Below are positions 35,616 to 45,158 of a stretch of DNA of 64,000 nt, piece by piece (the stretch's first letter is position 1; each line of letters opens with the position of its first letter). Source of the stretch: an uncultured virus (IMG/VR IMGVR_UViG_3300029258_003476) (lineage: Duplodnaviria; Heunggongvirae; Uroviricota; Caudoviricetes); IMG/VR virus record IMGVR_UViG_3300029258_003476, positions 1 to 64,000 of that record; one strand, 5' to 3'. The notes beneath the pieces were generated by a model, which was not told the origin of the DNA, made no database searches, and saw nothing but the letters and a program-made list of their open reading frames with translations. The position numbers and the translations under genes were made by a program.

Positions 35616-37738
35616 TCATGAACGACTTCGAACGAGCGATCGTCGGCGACCTGCCCTTGAGCTTCAAGGCGGACGCCTGGTTCAGTGTCAAGCACGCTGC
35701 GATCGGAGACCCGCCAGACACGACCGGGGCCATCGAGGGGCAGTTCCCTGTCCCCGTCGCCCAAGTGCTTGAGGGTCTTGCGGAGATGGTCAAGGCCAAG
35801 ATGACCATCATGTACGCGTACGCTACGTACTCTCAGACCATCCGTGGGCCTTTCCGCGGCGAGCTCGCGGAGAACTTCCAGGAGTTTGCCGAGGACGACC
35901 TCGAGGACCTTGAGTGGTACCTGCGTCGCATGTCGAGTCTCGGTGGAGGGGCCCACCTTCCGCAGATTGATCCTCCGCCGGCGACGACCGACCCGATCGA
36001 GGCCATCAAGATCACTCTTCGGCTGGAGCAGGAGACTGTGGCCAAGCTCGCGGCTCTTCGCAACCTCGTCGGGGACAACCCGATGAAGTTCGACCTCGAG
36101 GCCTTTATGGCGGAAGAGCAGATGCACGTCGATCGGCTGTGGCAGCTTCTCCCCTACGAGGCGGACCCGGAGGAGATGGCCGAGCAGGACGGGAAGGAGC
36201 CGCTTTCCATGGAGCAGAAGGCAGCCTCCATGCGGATGCGGGTCGGGTTCATGAAGCTCGGCGAAGGCATGTCCAGGCGGGAGCTCAAGCGCCTGCAGAA
36301 GGAACAGGAGGACATTCATGAGCTCCGAGGGAGTCTGATGGCGTCCTCGAGCCCAGAGACCAAAGCGTATGCTCGGAAGAAGAAGGTCGTTGGGGCGCTG
36401 TCAGGAGGGCTGAAAGGCGGCCTACTTGGTACCGGCATTGGGGCGGCCATTGGCTACGGCACCAAGCGCGGTCCTCGCGCCGCGAAGGCGTTGGCGGCAC
36501 TTGGAGGTCTTGGCGGTGCTGCTGTGGGCGGCACTGCTGGGCACGAGCTCGCCGGCGCTCAGGCTCACAAGACCATCTCCAAGGCGGCGATGATTCGAAA
36601 CATCAAGCTCGCCTTCGACGACATGGCCCAAGGGGACGACAACCTGGCGGCCTCTGCGGCTCATGGGGACAATCCGCAAGGCGACTCGAGTGAGCGCATC
36701 AACCAGCCTCCGATGGTCGACCCGACCAGGTACCTCGAGGGTACCGGCGCTCTTGGGGTCGATCCGGCCCTGTCCGACTACATCGAGAAGGAGCGGGAGG
36801 GGCAAGACGCGGAGGAGCGCGCGAGCTCCGACTACTACAAGCAGGTGGCCGACATGGCCACGCAAGAAGCCCAGGCAGCGCAGTCGCAGCTCGGAGAGGC
36901 GCAGCAGCAGGCCATGATGGCTCAGCAGCAGGCCGCGGCGCTTCAACAGCAAGTGCAAGACACGCAGCAGCAGGCGCAGGCGGTGCAGCAACAAGCAGTG
37001 CAAACGGCCGCCATGGCTCAGTCCACGGCTGCCAACTCCCAAGCGCAGGCCATCAAGGCCATGCAGGACGTGCTGCTCCACAAGCAGCTCGCCGCGAACA
37101 TGCGCCAAGGTGTCTTGGCAATGAAGGACCAGATTCAATCCGTCCTCATGTCCGACCCCACTGCTGGGGCGGAAGCACAGATTGCGGGCCCCCCTCCCGG
37201 CCCGCCTCCCGGGTCTCCTGGCGGGGAAGTTCCCAGCGAAGGGTCCCCTCCCCCTGAGCAGGGTCCGGCAGCCGGTTCCCCTGCGCCCCCGACTGCACCC
37301 GCCGGGGGACCCACTTCTTCTGGTCAGCCCCCCGGGCAGGTGCCGGGGCAACAGGGGCAGGCCACTCCGGAGCAGAAGCAGGCATCGGCCGCCAGCAAGA
37401 TGCTCGAGGTGGCCAAGAAGCGAGCTCCCTACGCCGTACCGGGCGCGCTCCTCGCCGGCGGGCTCACGTACGCCTCCATCAAGGGCGGCGCCACCAAGAA
37501 GCTCCAGGAGAAGGTCGACGAGCAGAAGCGCAAGTCGAAGCGGGGTGAGCTCGGCACCAGCGGGGAGTCGGAGCTCGCCCGCGACAAGATGCGGCTCGCC
37601 TACTCCGAGTTCGCGGACAAGAACCCGAGGGCGGCGACAGCGACGGGTGCGGCCATCGGGGCCGGTGCGGCGGCGGCGGCGGGTCCCCCTCTCAAAACCA
37701 TCGGCAAGTTCGTCAAAACCAGGCTGGGTCGGAGGTAG
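35612..37738 (+). CDS. ferritin-like domain fused to Gly-zipper, Gln-rich and Pro-rich regions
   Basis: AYATYS...RRMSSLGG...LEQE...EEQMH four-helix pattern. Confidence 0.6.
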   Translation: MIMNDFERAIVGDLPLSFKADAWFSVKHAAIGDPPDTTGAIEGQFPVPVAQVLEGLAEMVKAKMTIMYAYATYSQTIRGPFRGELAENFQEFAEDDLEDLEWYLRRMSSLGGGAHLPQIDPPPATTDPIEAIKITLRLEQETVAKLAALRNLVGDNPMKFDLEAFMAEEQMHVDRLWQLLPYEADPEEMAEQDGKEPLSMEQKAASMRMRVGFMKLGEGMSRRELKRLQKEQEDIHELRGSLMASSSPETKAYARKKKVVGALSGGLKGGLLGTGIGAAIGYGTKRGPRAAKALAALGGLGGAAVGGTAGHELAGAQAHKTISKAAMIRNIKLAFDDMAQGDDNLAASAAHGDNPQGDSSERINQPPMVDPTRYLEGTGALGVDPALSDYIEKEREGQDAEERASSDYYKQVADMATQEAQAAQSQLGEAQQQAMMAQQQAAALQQQVQDTQQQAQAVQQQAVQTAAMAQSTAANSQAQAIKAMQDVLLHKQLAANMRQGVLAMKDQIQSVLMSDPTAGAEAQIAGPPPGPPPGSPGGEVPSEGSPPPEQGPAAGSPAPPTAPAGGPTSSGQPPGQVPGQQGQATPEQKQASAASKMLEVAKKRAPYAVPGALLAGGLTYASIKGGATKKLQEKVDEQKRKSKRGELGTSGESELARDKMRLAYSEFADKNPRAATATGAAIGAGAAAAAGPPLKTIGKFVKTRLGRR

Positions 37739-37740
37739 TC

Positions 37741-38466
37741 ATGCTCGACGTGTTCCTGAAGGCTGCGTATGCGCGATCGGAGAAAGAGAAGCAGATCGAC
37801 AAGGTTGCCTCCCACTCGTCCTTCTTCTCCACCAACATGGGCCGTGGGGGCGGAGGCCCCGACGACTGGCTCGACAAGTTCAAGGGCACGCCTCTTCTGC
37901 CGAAGGCGCTCGGTCTGCTTCAGCAGGAGATCCAGCTTGACCAACAGGACATGGCGACGCGCGAGCAGCGCGACGCGGAGATGGAGTCCTCGAGGCAGCT
38001 CTGGAAGATGCGAGACGCGGTCTGTCTGCAGAAGCGGATGCTCGACCTCGAGCTCGCCTCGTCCGAGCTTGTTGGCTTCCCTACCGCGCCCCCGCCGGTT
38101 GGCATGATGCCAGAGCCACCTCCGGAGGCCGTGGAAGTGGCCGCGGCCCCCGAGGGTATGCCGGAGACGCCGAGTCCCAAAGAGGCAGCCATGCGAATGA
38201 AGATGGCCGCTCAGCTGATGCGGATGAAGGAGGCGGCGGGGGTCTTGGGTCTCCCCAAGGCCGTCTTGGGTGGTATGCGCCAGGTTGGCCGATCTGCCTC
38301 GAAGGGCTACGGTAAGGAGGGGCTCAAAGGCGCTCTGACCCAAGGCTCCAAGCGGTTCTCGACCATTGCGAAGATGAGCCCGGCTACGGCTGCAGGCATG
38401 GTGGCTGTCCCCGCAGCAGCCGTCGGCGCCGCAGGTCTCGGCGCTGGGTACATGGCCGGGCGATGA
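37741..38466 (+). CDS. putative virion protein
   Basis: GGAGGT RBS; KxA motifs; C-terminal Gly-zipper. Confidence 0.6.
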   Translation: MLDVFLKAAYARSEKEKQIDKVASHSSFFSTNMGRGGGGPDDWLDKFKGTPLLPKALGLLQQEIQLDQQDMATREQRDAEMESSRQLWKMRDAVCLQKRMLDLELASSELVGFPTAPPPVGMMPEPPPEAVEVAAAPEGMPETPSPKEAAMRMKMAAQLMRMKEAAGVLGLPKAVLGGMRQVGRSASKGYGKEGLKGALTQGSKRFSTIAKMSPATAAGMVAVPAAAVGAAGLGAGYMAGR

Positions 38467-39365
38467 AGCAGGTCGGCATCACGGTCGTTGACGCGAAGGT
38501 CCGCTCACTGGACCTCGACTTCCACGAGCTGTCTTGGAAGATCCGGACGACCATTGCCGACATCTACGACCACACCTTCACCATCCACCGCTCGGAGTCT
38601 CCGGAGGGGCCGTGGACCCGCATCACGGAGCCTTTCGAAGACCAGTACATCTTCATCGACACGCAGCTTCAAGTCGCGCACCGGTGGCGGCGGTACTACT
38701 ACCGCATCCAGGTGACGCGAAAGAGCGATGAGGCCACCGCGGACTTCGGGCCCTTCTCCAACACCCCGGAGCCGGACCTCATCGCCATGGAGATTCGTCG
38801 CCACATCCACCTGCTCATGCAAGAGTTCGCTGGCAGGCGGCTGTGGATCTTGCCGGTCCGGACCTTTGGGCAGCGCTGCCCTACCTGTTGGAACCCCAAG
38901 CTCAACAAGAGGCGGCAGAGCGGGTGCAGAGACTGCTTCGACACAGGGTTCCTTGGGGGGTACATGCACCCCATCGAGGCGTGGGCGCAGATCGACCCCT
39001 CTACGAAGTCGCGTCAGGTGCTCAACGTGCACAAGACGCAGCAGTCGAACACGACCATGAGGATGCCCAACTTCCCTGAGCTCAAGCCTGATGACCTGGT
39101 CATCGAAGCAGAGAACAGAAGGTGGCGCGTCGAGACGGTCAGTCAAACGGAGAAGCACCGTGCGGGCCTTCACCAAGAGATAGGCATGCACGAGCTCGAG
39201 CCCAAGGACATCGAGTTCTCGGTCCCGCTGCTGATGGACAGAGCGCTTCGGGACGTCTACCTGTCGCCGGCGCGTAACTTCTCCAACCCGCACAACTTTG
39301 CGAACTTCGAGTCGGATGAGGTGCCCTCTATCTTCGACTTGTACTCTAGTTGGAGGAGCAGGTGA
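38463..39365 (+). CDS. putative neck or head-completion protein with Zn finger
   Basis: RSESPEGPW, GQRCPTCW...CRDCFDTGFLGGY. Confidence 0.55.
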   Translation: MKQVGITVVDAKVRSLDLDFHELSWKIRTTIADIYDHTFTIHRSESPEGPWTRITEPFEDQYIFIDTQLQVAHRWRRYYYRIQVTRKSDEATADFGPFSNTPEPDLIAMEIRRHIHLLMQEFAGRRLWILPVRTFGQRCPTCWNPKLNKRRQSGCRDCFDTGFLGGYMHPIEAWAQIDPSTKSRQVLNVHKTQQSNTTMRMPNFPELKPDDLVIEAENRRWRVETVSQTEKHRAGLHQEIGMHELEPKDIEFSVPLLMDRALRDVYLSPARNFSNPHNFANFESDEVPSIFDLYSSWRSR

Positions 39366-40237
39366 GCCACAGAGTCACAAGAACGGACCCATGTGAGCAG
39401 CACGACCTGTTCAGGGCGTCTCCGATCGAGTTCGTGCGCGAGACGCTCATCGACTTCTTGCAGACGCTCTTCTCCTACCAGCCGAAGGGCAGTTATCACT
39501 GGTCCCCCGACGAGGAGACGGACATCGTCATCCAAGACGAAGCCCCCGTGAAGACGGAGGACATCGGCACCCGTCCGGCCATCGCCCTGACGCGAGCTCC
39601 GATGCGAATGCAGACGCTCGGACTCGATGACATGGCCAGTTTGGACCTGCGAACTGGGGCGAAGACGAAAGCCGTCGTCGTGCCTGGCACCATGGTCATG
39701 AACTGCTGCTCGAGGGTTCCGCTGGAGTCCGAGAGGCTCGCCTTCCACGCCGGCGAGCACATCTGGATCCTTCGGGACGTCCTCCAGAAGTCCGGCTTCT
39801 ATCAGATCGGGCAGGACATCGGCTACGGCTCACCGTCCCCTGCCGGCGCCATCGTAGCCGGAGACGGGGCGGATGGGTGGTACGCCACGTCCGTCACGCT
39901 TCCATTCCAGGTGCAAAGAACCGCCAGGCTCACCCCGCTTGGCGTCATGATGGCCCGTGCCATTCAAGTGCGCATCCTTGGGCTGTCTCGCACTGCCTCC
40001 TCCTCCTCCGAGGAGCAGCGCTACTCGCTCGAGCCGGGCGTGTCGTCCAGTGGGGACGCCTACACACCGGCGCCGAGCTCACTTACCGGGCCGGGGGTGG
40101 AGCCCTACCCAGACATCCAACGCCGTAACGGTCTCCGGGCCCCGCGCATCAAGGGTCGGCAGCTTCCCATAATCGGGTCCAGCGTGCCAGAATCTTCGGA
40201 GCGTGGGCTAGATGGCCCCCTCACGGTGAAAGTGTAA
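39362..40237 (+). CDS. putative tail terminator or completion protein
   Basis: GTG start with GGAGG; directly upstream of the sheath gene. Confidence 0.5.
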   Translation: MSHRVTRTDPCEQHDLFRASPIEFVRETLIDFLQTLFSYQPKGSYHWSPDEETDIVIQDEAPVKTEDIGTRPAIALTRAPMRMQTLGLDDMASLDLRTGAKTKAVVVPGTMVMNCCSRVPLESERLAFHAGEHIWILRDVLQKSGFYQIGQDIGYGSPSPAGAIVAGDGADGWYATSVTLPFQVQRTARLTPLGVMMARAIQVRILGLSRTASSSSEEQRYSLEPGVSSSGDAYTPAPSSLTGPGVEPYPDIQRRNGLRAPRIKGRQLPIIGSSVPESSERGLDGPLTVKV

Positions 40238-40252
40238 TGAAAGGAGCCAGTA

Positions 40253-43192
40253 ATGGCTGACGAACTGAAGCAACCGGGGATCGAAGTACTGCAGGTCTTC
40301 GAGGAAGTCACTCCGGCTGTCATCGTTCCCACGCTGGGGGCGTGTCCGATCGGTAAGTGCGTACAGGTCGTGGAAGTTCTGGAGTCCGACGGCGCTGGCG
40401 GTCAACAGCTGAACTCGGATGCCGCCGTGGCCGTCCCTGCCTTCTTCGAATCGAAGGCGGCGCAGTCCTGGCCCTTCGCGGACTTCGATGGCAAGACGTT
40501 GTACTTCGAGATCAACAACGGCCCTCCCGTCCCGGTGCTGTTCACGGCTTCGGCGAACCTGAGCGCGAAGAAGATCGCGGGCGCCCTCAACGACGCCTTC
40601 ATTGCCAACAACGTGTACGCCTCGGTGTACGCCGAGGCGGTGCTGACGGACGGCACGACGGACCCCAAGACGTACAAGTTGCGCGTGCGTACTCGCGCCG
40701 GGGGCAACCTGCAGAACATCAAGGTCTACGTGACCTCGGTGGCCGATCGCAGCATCCTCACGTCGCTTGGCGTACCGGAGGGCAAGACCTTCACGGGACT
40801 TTCGGCGTACGAGCAGTCCCTCGTCAAGGTGCCGACGTTCGCCTTCCCGGACCCCCGGGGCAACCTCGACGACCTGGTGTTCGACAAGGAGACCATCCGC
40901 GCCTTCATGTACATGGGCACGGGGCTGAGTCTTCAGGAGGGCTTCCAGAACCAGGCGCTGCTTCGGTATGGGGACACGGCCGGCATCCTCTTCGATTGTA
41001 CGGACATCAAGGTCATCGATGACGGCAACGGCGATACGCTGTCGCCCATCATCGAACTCACGGGCGAAGATCTGACTGCGGCCAGTGCGGCCATCGTCGC
41101 CACCGGCGCCGCCGCCGGTGCCGGTCCGTACGCCTTGACCGGCCTGACCATCGCTCTCGACTTCGGTCAGGGGATGCAGGAGTACACGTTCATCGAAGAC
41201 CCGGTGGACATGGCAGCCGTTGCGACCTTGCTCGACGACATCTTCGGCGCCGCTGCCGGGGGCAAGTTGTCCTTTGCGGCGGTCGGCGCTCTCCTCGACG
41301 AGCTCGAGATAACCACCACGGATACGGGCGCGGATGCGTACCTGCACATCGGGGACTCGACCACGATCGGCACGGCGCACACGATCCTTGGTCTCACCGC
41401 GGCGGCGCTCGACAACAAGGTGTATCGCGGCGACAAGCAGGACAGCAGCGGCACGGCCTTGGATACGCAGCCGCACCCCGTCAAGCCGGGTGACGAGCTC
41501 TACCTCGATGGCATCTTCGCAGGCACCGTGGTCAAGGTGGACCCGACCGGCACCAGTACCGCGCAGGTGCGTGTGGACCAGCAGCACGCCATCACGGCCA
41601 CCGGCTACGCCGCGACCTACTACATCGTGGCCAAGAACCTGCCGCCGCCCAACGTTTCGTACGATCGGCCGGATGCGGACGGCATCGTGGACGACAACAC
41701 GGGGGACGTGACGATCAAGCACTCGCTCGTGCGTCAGACGACCGGGTATGCGACCGACCCCGTCAGCGCGCCCGTGTACGTGCTGTACGAGGCCCTGCGG
41801 CGCGACGTCGCTCCTCTCGGGGTGAAGCCGAGCCTCTTGCAGATCGACAACACGAACCAGCTCGAGGCGCTGCTCGAGCCGATCAACCCGGCCAACCCGC
41901 TCGCCCTCGGCTTCTACTTTGCCCTTCTCAACGCGTCGGGCAGCCGCGTGTACGGCATGGGTGTCGACGAGTACTCCGACGACGAGCCGTGGGGTACTTC
42001 CGACGCCTTCCAGCGCGTTTTTTCCTTCCTCGAGTCGAAGGAAGTCTACGGCATCGCGCCGCTCACCGACGACATCGTCGTCGCACAGCTCGGCAACATC
42101 CATGCCTTGAACATGGCTGACCCGGAGATGAAGGGTGAGCGCGTGTGCGTCGTCAGCCTTCCGCGCCCGACCCGTGACGTGGACGTGGTGGTGGCCTCTG
42201 GTACTCGGGGCAACTCTGGTAACCAGGCGGCGCCGAACACGCTGTTCTACACGAGCGTCAGTAACCTGTCTGCGTTGCTGCTCGCGAAGGGCATCGATCC
42301 TGCCAGCACTATCCCTGTGGATTCCGGCGTCTTCCTCGACATCGAGGACGATGCCGGCATCTATTCGGTCAAGCAGGTCATCGGCGGCGCCGTGCTCGTG
42401 CGGCAGACGGCCGGTGAGTTCGCCCCTGGGGAGAACGACGACGGGTTCTACACGGAGACCGGGTACCCCGTCGGCACCCCGTTCATCAACGCGTCGTTCT
42501 CCATCAAGGTTCGCGGCGCCGAGCTCGTCGACCTCAACGGAGACCCTGACGCGGACAAGATCGCGAACGCCTACCAGGACATCGGCAAGTCGTTTGGTAG
42601 CCGTCGCCTGTGGAACCTCGTCGTCGACAACCTCTACGCTCCGTTCGACGGAGTCGACCAGGTTCTGCCGGGCTTCTACGCTGCGGCGGCGTACGTCGGC
42701 CTCATCAGCGGCCAGCCCCCGCAACAGTCGTTCACCAACTTCCCCATCGTCGGCTTCACCCGCATCGACGGAACGAACGATTACTTCGGCACGCGACAGC
42801 TCGACCGCATCGCTGCCGGGGGCAACACCATCATCGTGCAGGACCCGCCCGACAACGGGCCGATCTTCCCGCGCATGGCCCTGACGACGGATCTCTCATC
42901 GATCGAGACACGCACCGACTCCATCACGAAGGTGCTCGACTTCTCGGCAAAGACCATCCGCGTCGGTCTGCGCAACTTCATCGGCAAGTTCAACATCACG
43001 CAGTCGTACCTCGACACGTTGAGCACGGTGCTCCAAGGACTCATCGAGTTCTTGATCAGCAACAACGTGCTGGTGGACGCCGAGATCAACAACCTGATTC
43101 AGGACGAGGACACACCGGACACGGTGCTCGTCGACATCACCGTCGACGTCCCGTACCCCTGCAACTACATCCGTGTGCGTTTGATCGTCTGA
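40253..43192 (+). CDS. tail sheath protein
   Basis: PGIEVLQ N-terminus; sheath-like C-terminus SITKVLDF...FIGKFNIT...PYPCNYIRVRL. Confidence 0.85.
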   Translation: MADELKQPGIEVLQVFEEVTPAVIVPTLGACPIGKCVQVVEVLESDGAGGQQLNSDAAVAVPAFFESKAAQSWPFADFDGKTLYFEINNGPPVPVLFTASANLSAKKIAGALNDAFIANNVYASVYAEAVLTDGTTDPKTYKLRVRTRAGGNLQNIKVYVTSVADRSILTSLGVPEGKTFTGLSAYEQSLVKVPTFAFPDPRGNLDDLVFDKETIRAFMYMGTGLSLQEGFQNQALLRYGDTAGILFDCTDIKVIDDGNGDTLSPIIELTGEDLTAASAAIVATGAAAGAGPYALTGLTIALDFGQGMQEYTFIEDPVDMAAVATLLDDIFGAAAGGKLSFAAVGALLDELEITTTDTGADAYLHIGDSTTIGTAHTILGLTAAALDNKVYRGDKQDSSGTALDTQPHPVKPGDELYLDGIFAGTVVKVDPTGTSTAQVRVDQQHAITATGYAATYYIVAKNLPPPNVSYDRPDADGIVDDNTGDVTIKHSLVRQTTGYATDPVSAPVYVLYEALRRDVAPLGVKPSLLQIDNTNQLEALLEPINPANPLALGFYFALLNASGSRVYGMGVDEYSDDEPWGTSDAFQRVFSFLESKEVYGIAPLTDDIVVAQLGNIHALNMADPEMKGERVCVVSLPRPTRDVDVVVASGTRGNSGNQAAPNTLFYTSVSNLSALLLAKGIDPASTIPVDSGVFLDIEDDAGIYSVKQVIGGAVLVRQTAGEFAPGENDDGFYTETGYPVGTPFINASFSIKVRGAELVDLNGDPDADKIANAYQDIGKSFGSRRLWNLVVDNLYAPFDGVDQVLPGFYAAAAYVGLISGQPPQQSFTNFPIVGFTRIDGTNDYFGTRQLDRIAAGGNTIIVQDPPDNGPIFPRMALTTDLSSIETRTDSITKVLDFSAKTIRVGLRNFIGKFNITQSYLDTLSTVLQGLIEFLISNNVLVDAEINNLIQDEDTPDTVLVDITVDVPYPCNYIRVRLIV

Positions 43193-43235
43193 GGTGGCCG
43201 CGCACTCAACCGGAGGCAAGTAAGGAGAGACATTC

Positions 43236-44000
43236 ATGGCAGGCAACTTCAGCGACTGGGCGCCGTACCAACAGTACGTACAAAGCGGGCTGGCGGACGG
43301 CGCGTACGCGCACGGTGGCTTCACCATGCTCGCGGCCGGGCCTCCTCGGCTTTCGGACATTGGTGGGACGGTCTCCGTGCAGTCCGCTCTGGCGAGTGGT
43401 GGGGCCGCGGCCAACCAACTCGTACTGCCGATGGGCATCGTGCAGAACCTCAACGTCACCCAGACGCGAGCGTTCAGCCGGGTGTTCGAGCTTGGCAGTG
43501 AGCGGAGCTACTTCATCTCGGGTCGAACGGTGGGCCAGATCGGCCTGGGGCGCGTCTACTACCATGGCGCGTCCCTGCTTCGACTTCTGTACGCCTACTA
43601 CCAGGACCTTCTCCCTGGCGGCGGTGTGCTCGTCCGTCCGATGTTCCCGAACCAGGCCGTGCAGAACACGCCGAACCCGCACGACGTGATCATCCCGCCG
43701 GGGTACGAGAACATCTACATGAACCTCGCGTCCGATCTGTTCTCGCAACCGATCGGCATGCTCATGTACATCCGCGACTCGAATCTGCGGACGCTCGGCT
43801 CGATGTACTTCGAGCATGTCATCGTTCCCAACCACTCCTTCGCTGTCGACGCTCAGGGCGTGATGATTCAGGAGTCGGTCGGCATGCAGTACGAGCGCAT
43901 CCTGCCGGTTGCGGTGACCGACGTCGCGCTCGTCACCAACTCCACCCCGTACACGGGTGGCTCGGCGCGCACCGGCCAGTTCATCCAAACGGCGGGGTAA
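43236..44000 (+). CDS. tail tube protein
   Basis: Follows the sheath; GIVQN...RVFELGSERSYFISGR, IQESVGMQYERI. Confidence 0.7.
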   Translation: MAGNFSDWAPYQQYVQSGLADGAYAHGGFTMLAAGPPRLSDIGGTVSVQSALASGGAAANQLVLPMGIVQNLNVTQTRAFSRVFELGSERSYFISGRTVGQIGLGRVYYHGASLLRLLYAYYQDLLPGGGVLVRPMFPNQAVQNTPNPHDVIIPPGYENIYMNLASDLFSQPIGMLMYIRDSNLRTLGSMYFEHVIVPNHSFAVDAQGVMIQESVGMQYERILPVAVTDVALVTNSTPYTGGSARTGQFIQTAG

Positions 44001-44009
44001 GGAGGCGTC

Positions 44010-44387
44010 ATGGCCGACGATATTCCCTACGTCCTGGAGCTCTCACTCAAGCTCCCGCCGGATGAGACCGGAGAGCCGGTCCCGATCATCCTCAACTACG
44101 CGGGCAAGGCGGACAGCGTCGTCCGCTACCGTTTGGAGCTGACCGGTTCAGGCACCAAAACGCTCGACTTCGGTACCACGCCGGTTGCGGGGGCGCAGCT
44201 GGTTCTCGTGAAAGTGTTCCAAGGGACAGACCCGGTCTTGGTATACGTAAACGGATCTGCTACTCCTGAAGAGATTGCCGTTGGCGGGGGCAAGTTCATC
44301 TTGTCTCCTACACCCGTGAATGGCGTCACTTCCATGGTGTTGGAGCACACAGCTGATTCGTCCGTATCCGTATGGGTTCTTGGCTAG
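44010..44387 (+). CDS. hypothetical structural protein
   Basis: AAGGAGG RBS. Confidence 0.65.
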   Translation: MADDIPYVLELSLKLPPDETGEPVPIILNYAGKADSVVRYRLELTGSGTKTLDFGTTPVAGAQLVLVKVFQGTDPVLVYVNGSATPEEIAVGGGKFILSPTPVNGVTSMVLEHTADSSVSVWVLG

Positions 44388-44419
44388 GGGGGTGATGTCA
44401 ATGCTTTTCGCGAGGCACC

Positions 44420-44959
44420 ATGTCGACCGATCTCATCCAAGTAGGAATCACGACGCTCGCATCGGGGGGCATCGCGGCCATCACCGCGTACGTGACCATC
44501 GTCTGGAGGCTTTCGCATAGGGTCTCGCAGCTCGAGGAGAAGGTCAACGAGGTCGTCAAGACCGCTGCGGAGCTGAAAGAAGGGCAGAAGAGCGGCGACC
44601 AAACGGTTCGAGAGGAGTTCGAGAAGGAGCTCAAGCACCTGAAGACCGATGTGATGGACGCGCGGGACTCTTTGAAGGAGTCCGCGGCCGCTATGGATGA
44701 GGCAAAGAAGGAGATCCTTATCAGCGTTTCTGCACTGAGTACGGAACTGTCGAACTTCAAGATCGCCTGTGCGGAGAATAGAGCCAAGCAGGTGACAGAA
44801 AAGCGATGGGCGGAGTACACTAGGGAGCAGGCGGCAAAGTGGGAAGACTTCAATCGGATACTCGGGAAGCTGGAAGGGCACCTGTCCAAGATGGGGTCGA
44901 CCAAGACAAGCAGCCCGAACTTGCGCGCTGCGGATCTTGCTCGAGGTACCAGAAGGTAG
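44420..44959 (+). CDS. membrane-anchored coiled-coil protein
   Basis: N-terminal TM segment, then coiled coil. Confidence 0.6.
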   Translation: MSTDLIQVGITTLASGGIAAITAYVTIVWRLSHRVSQLEEKVNEVVKTAAELKEGQKSGDQTVREEFEKELKHLKTDVMDARDSLKESAAAMDEAKKEILISVSALSTELSNFKIACAENRAKQVTEKRWAEYTREQAAKWEDFNRILGKLEGHLSKMGSTKTSSPNLRAADLARGTRR

Positions 44960-45158
44960 ACGAGGAACTCCGCGCCTACCTTGCCAGCGAGAGTGAGTTG
45001 GACGCCATCACGGGTATCCACGAGGCCCCCGAGCTGCCCGCGGAAGACTTCGAAGAAGAAGAGCCCGGCACCGTCACTTCAGCCATCGACGCTCTCAACA
45101 AGGCCCAGGACAAGGCCTATGACAAGATCCATCAGTTGTGTGCTAGCCTGGACGCGCT

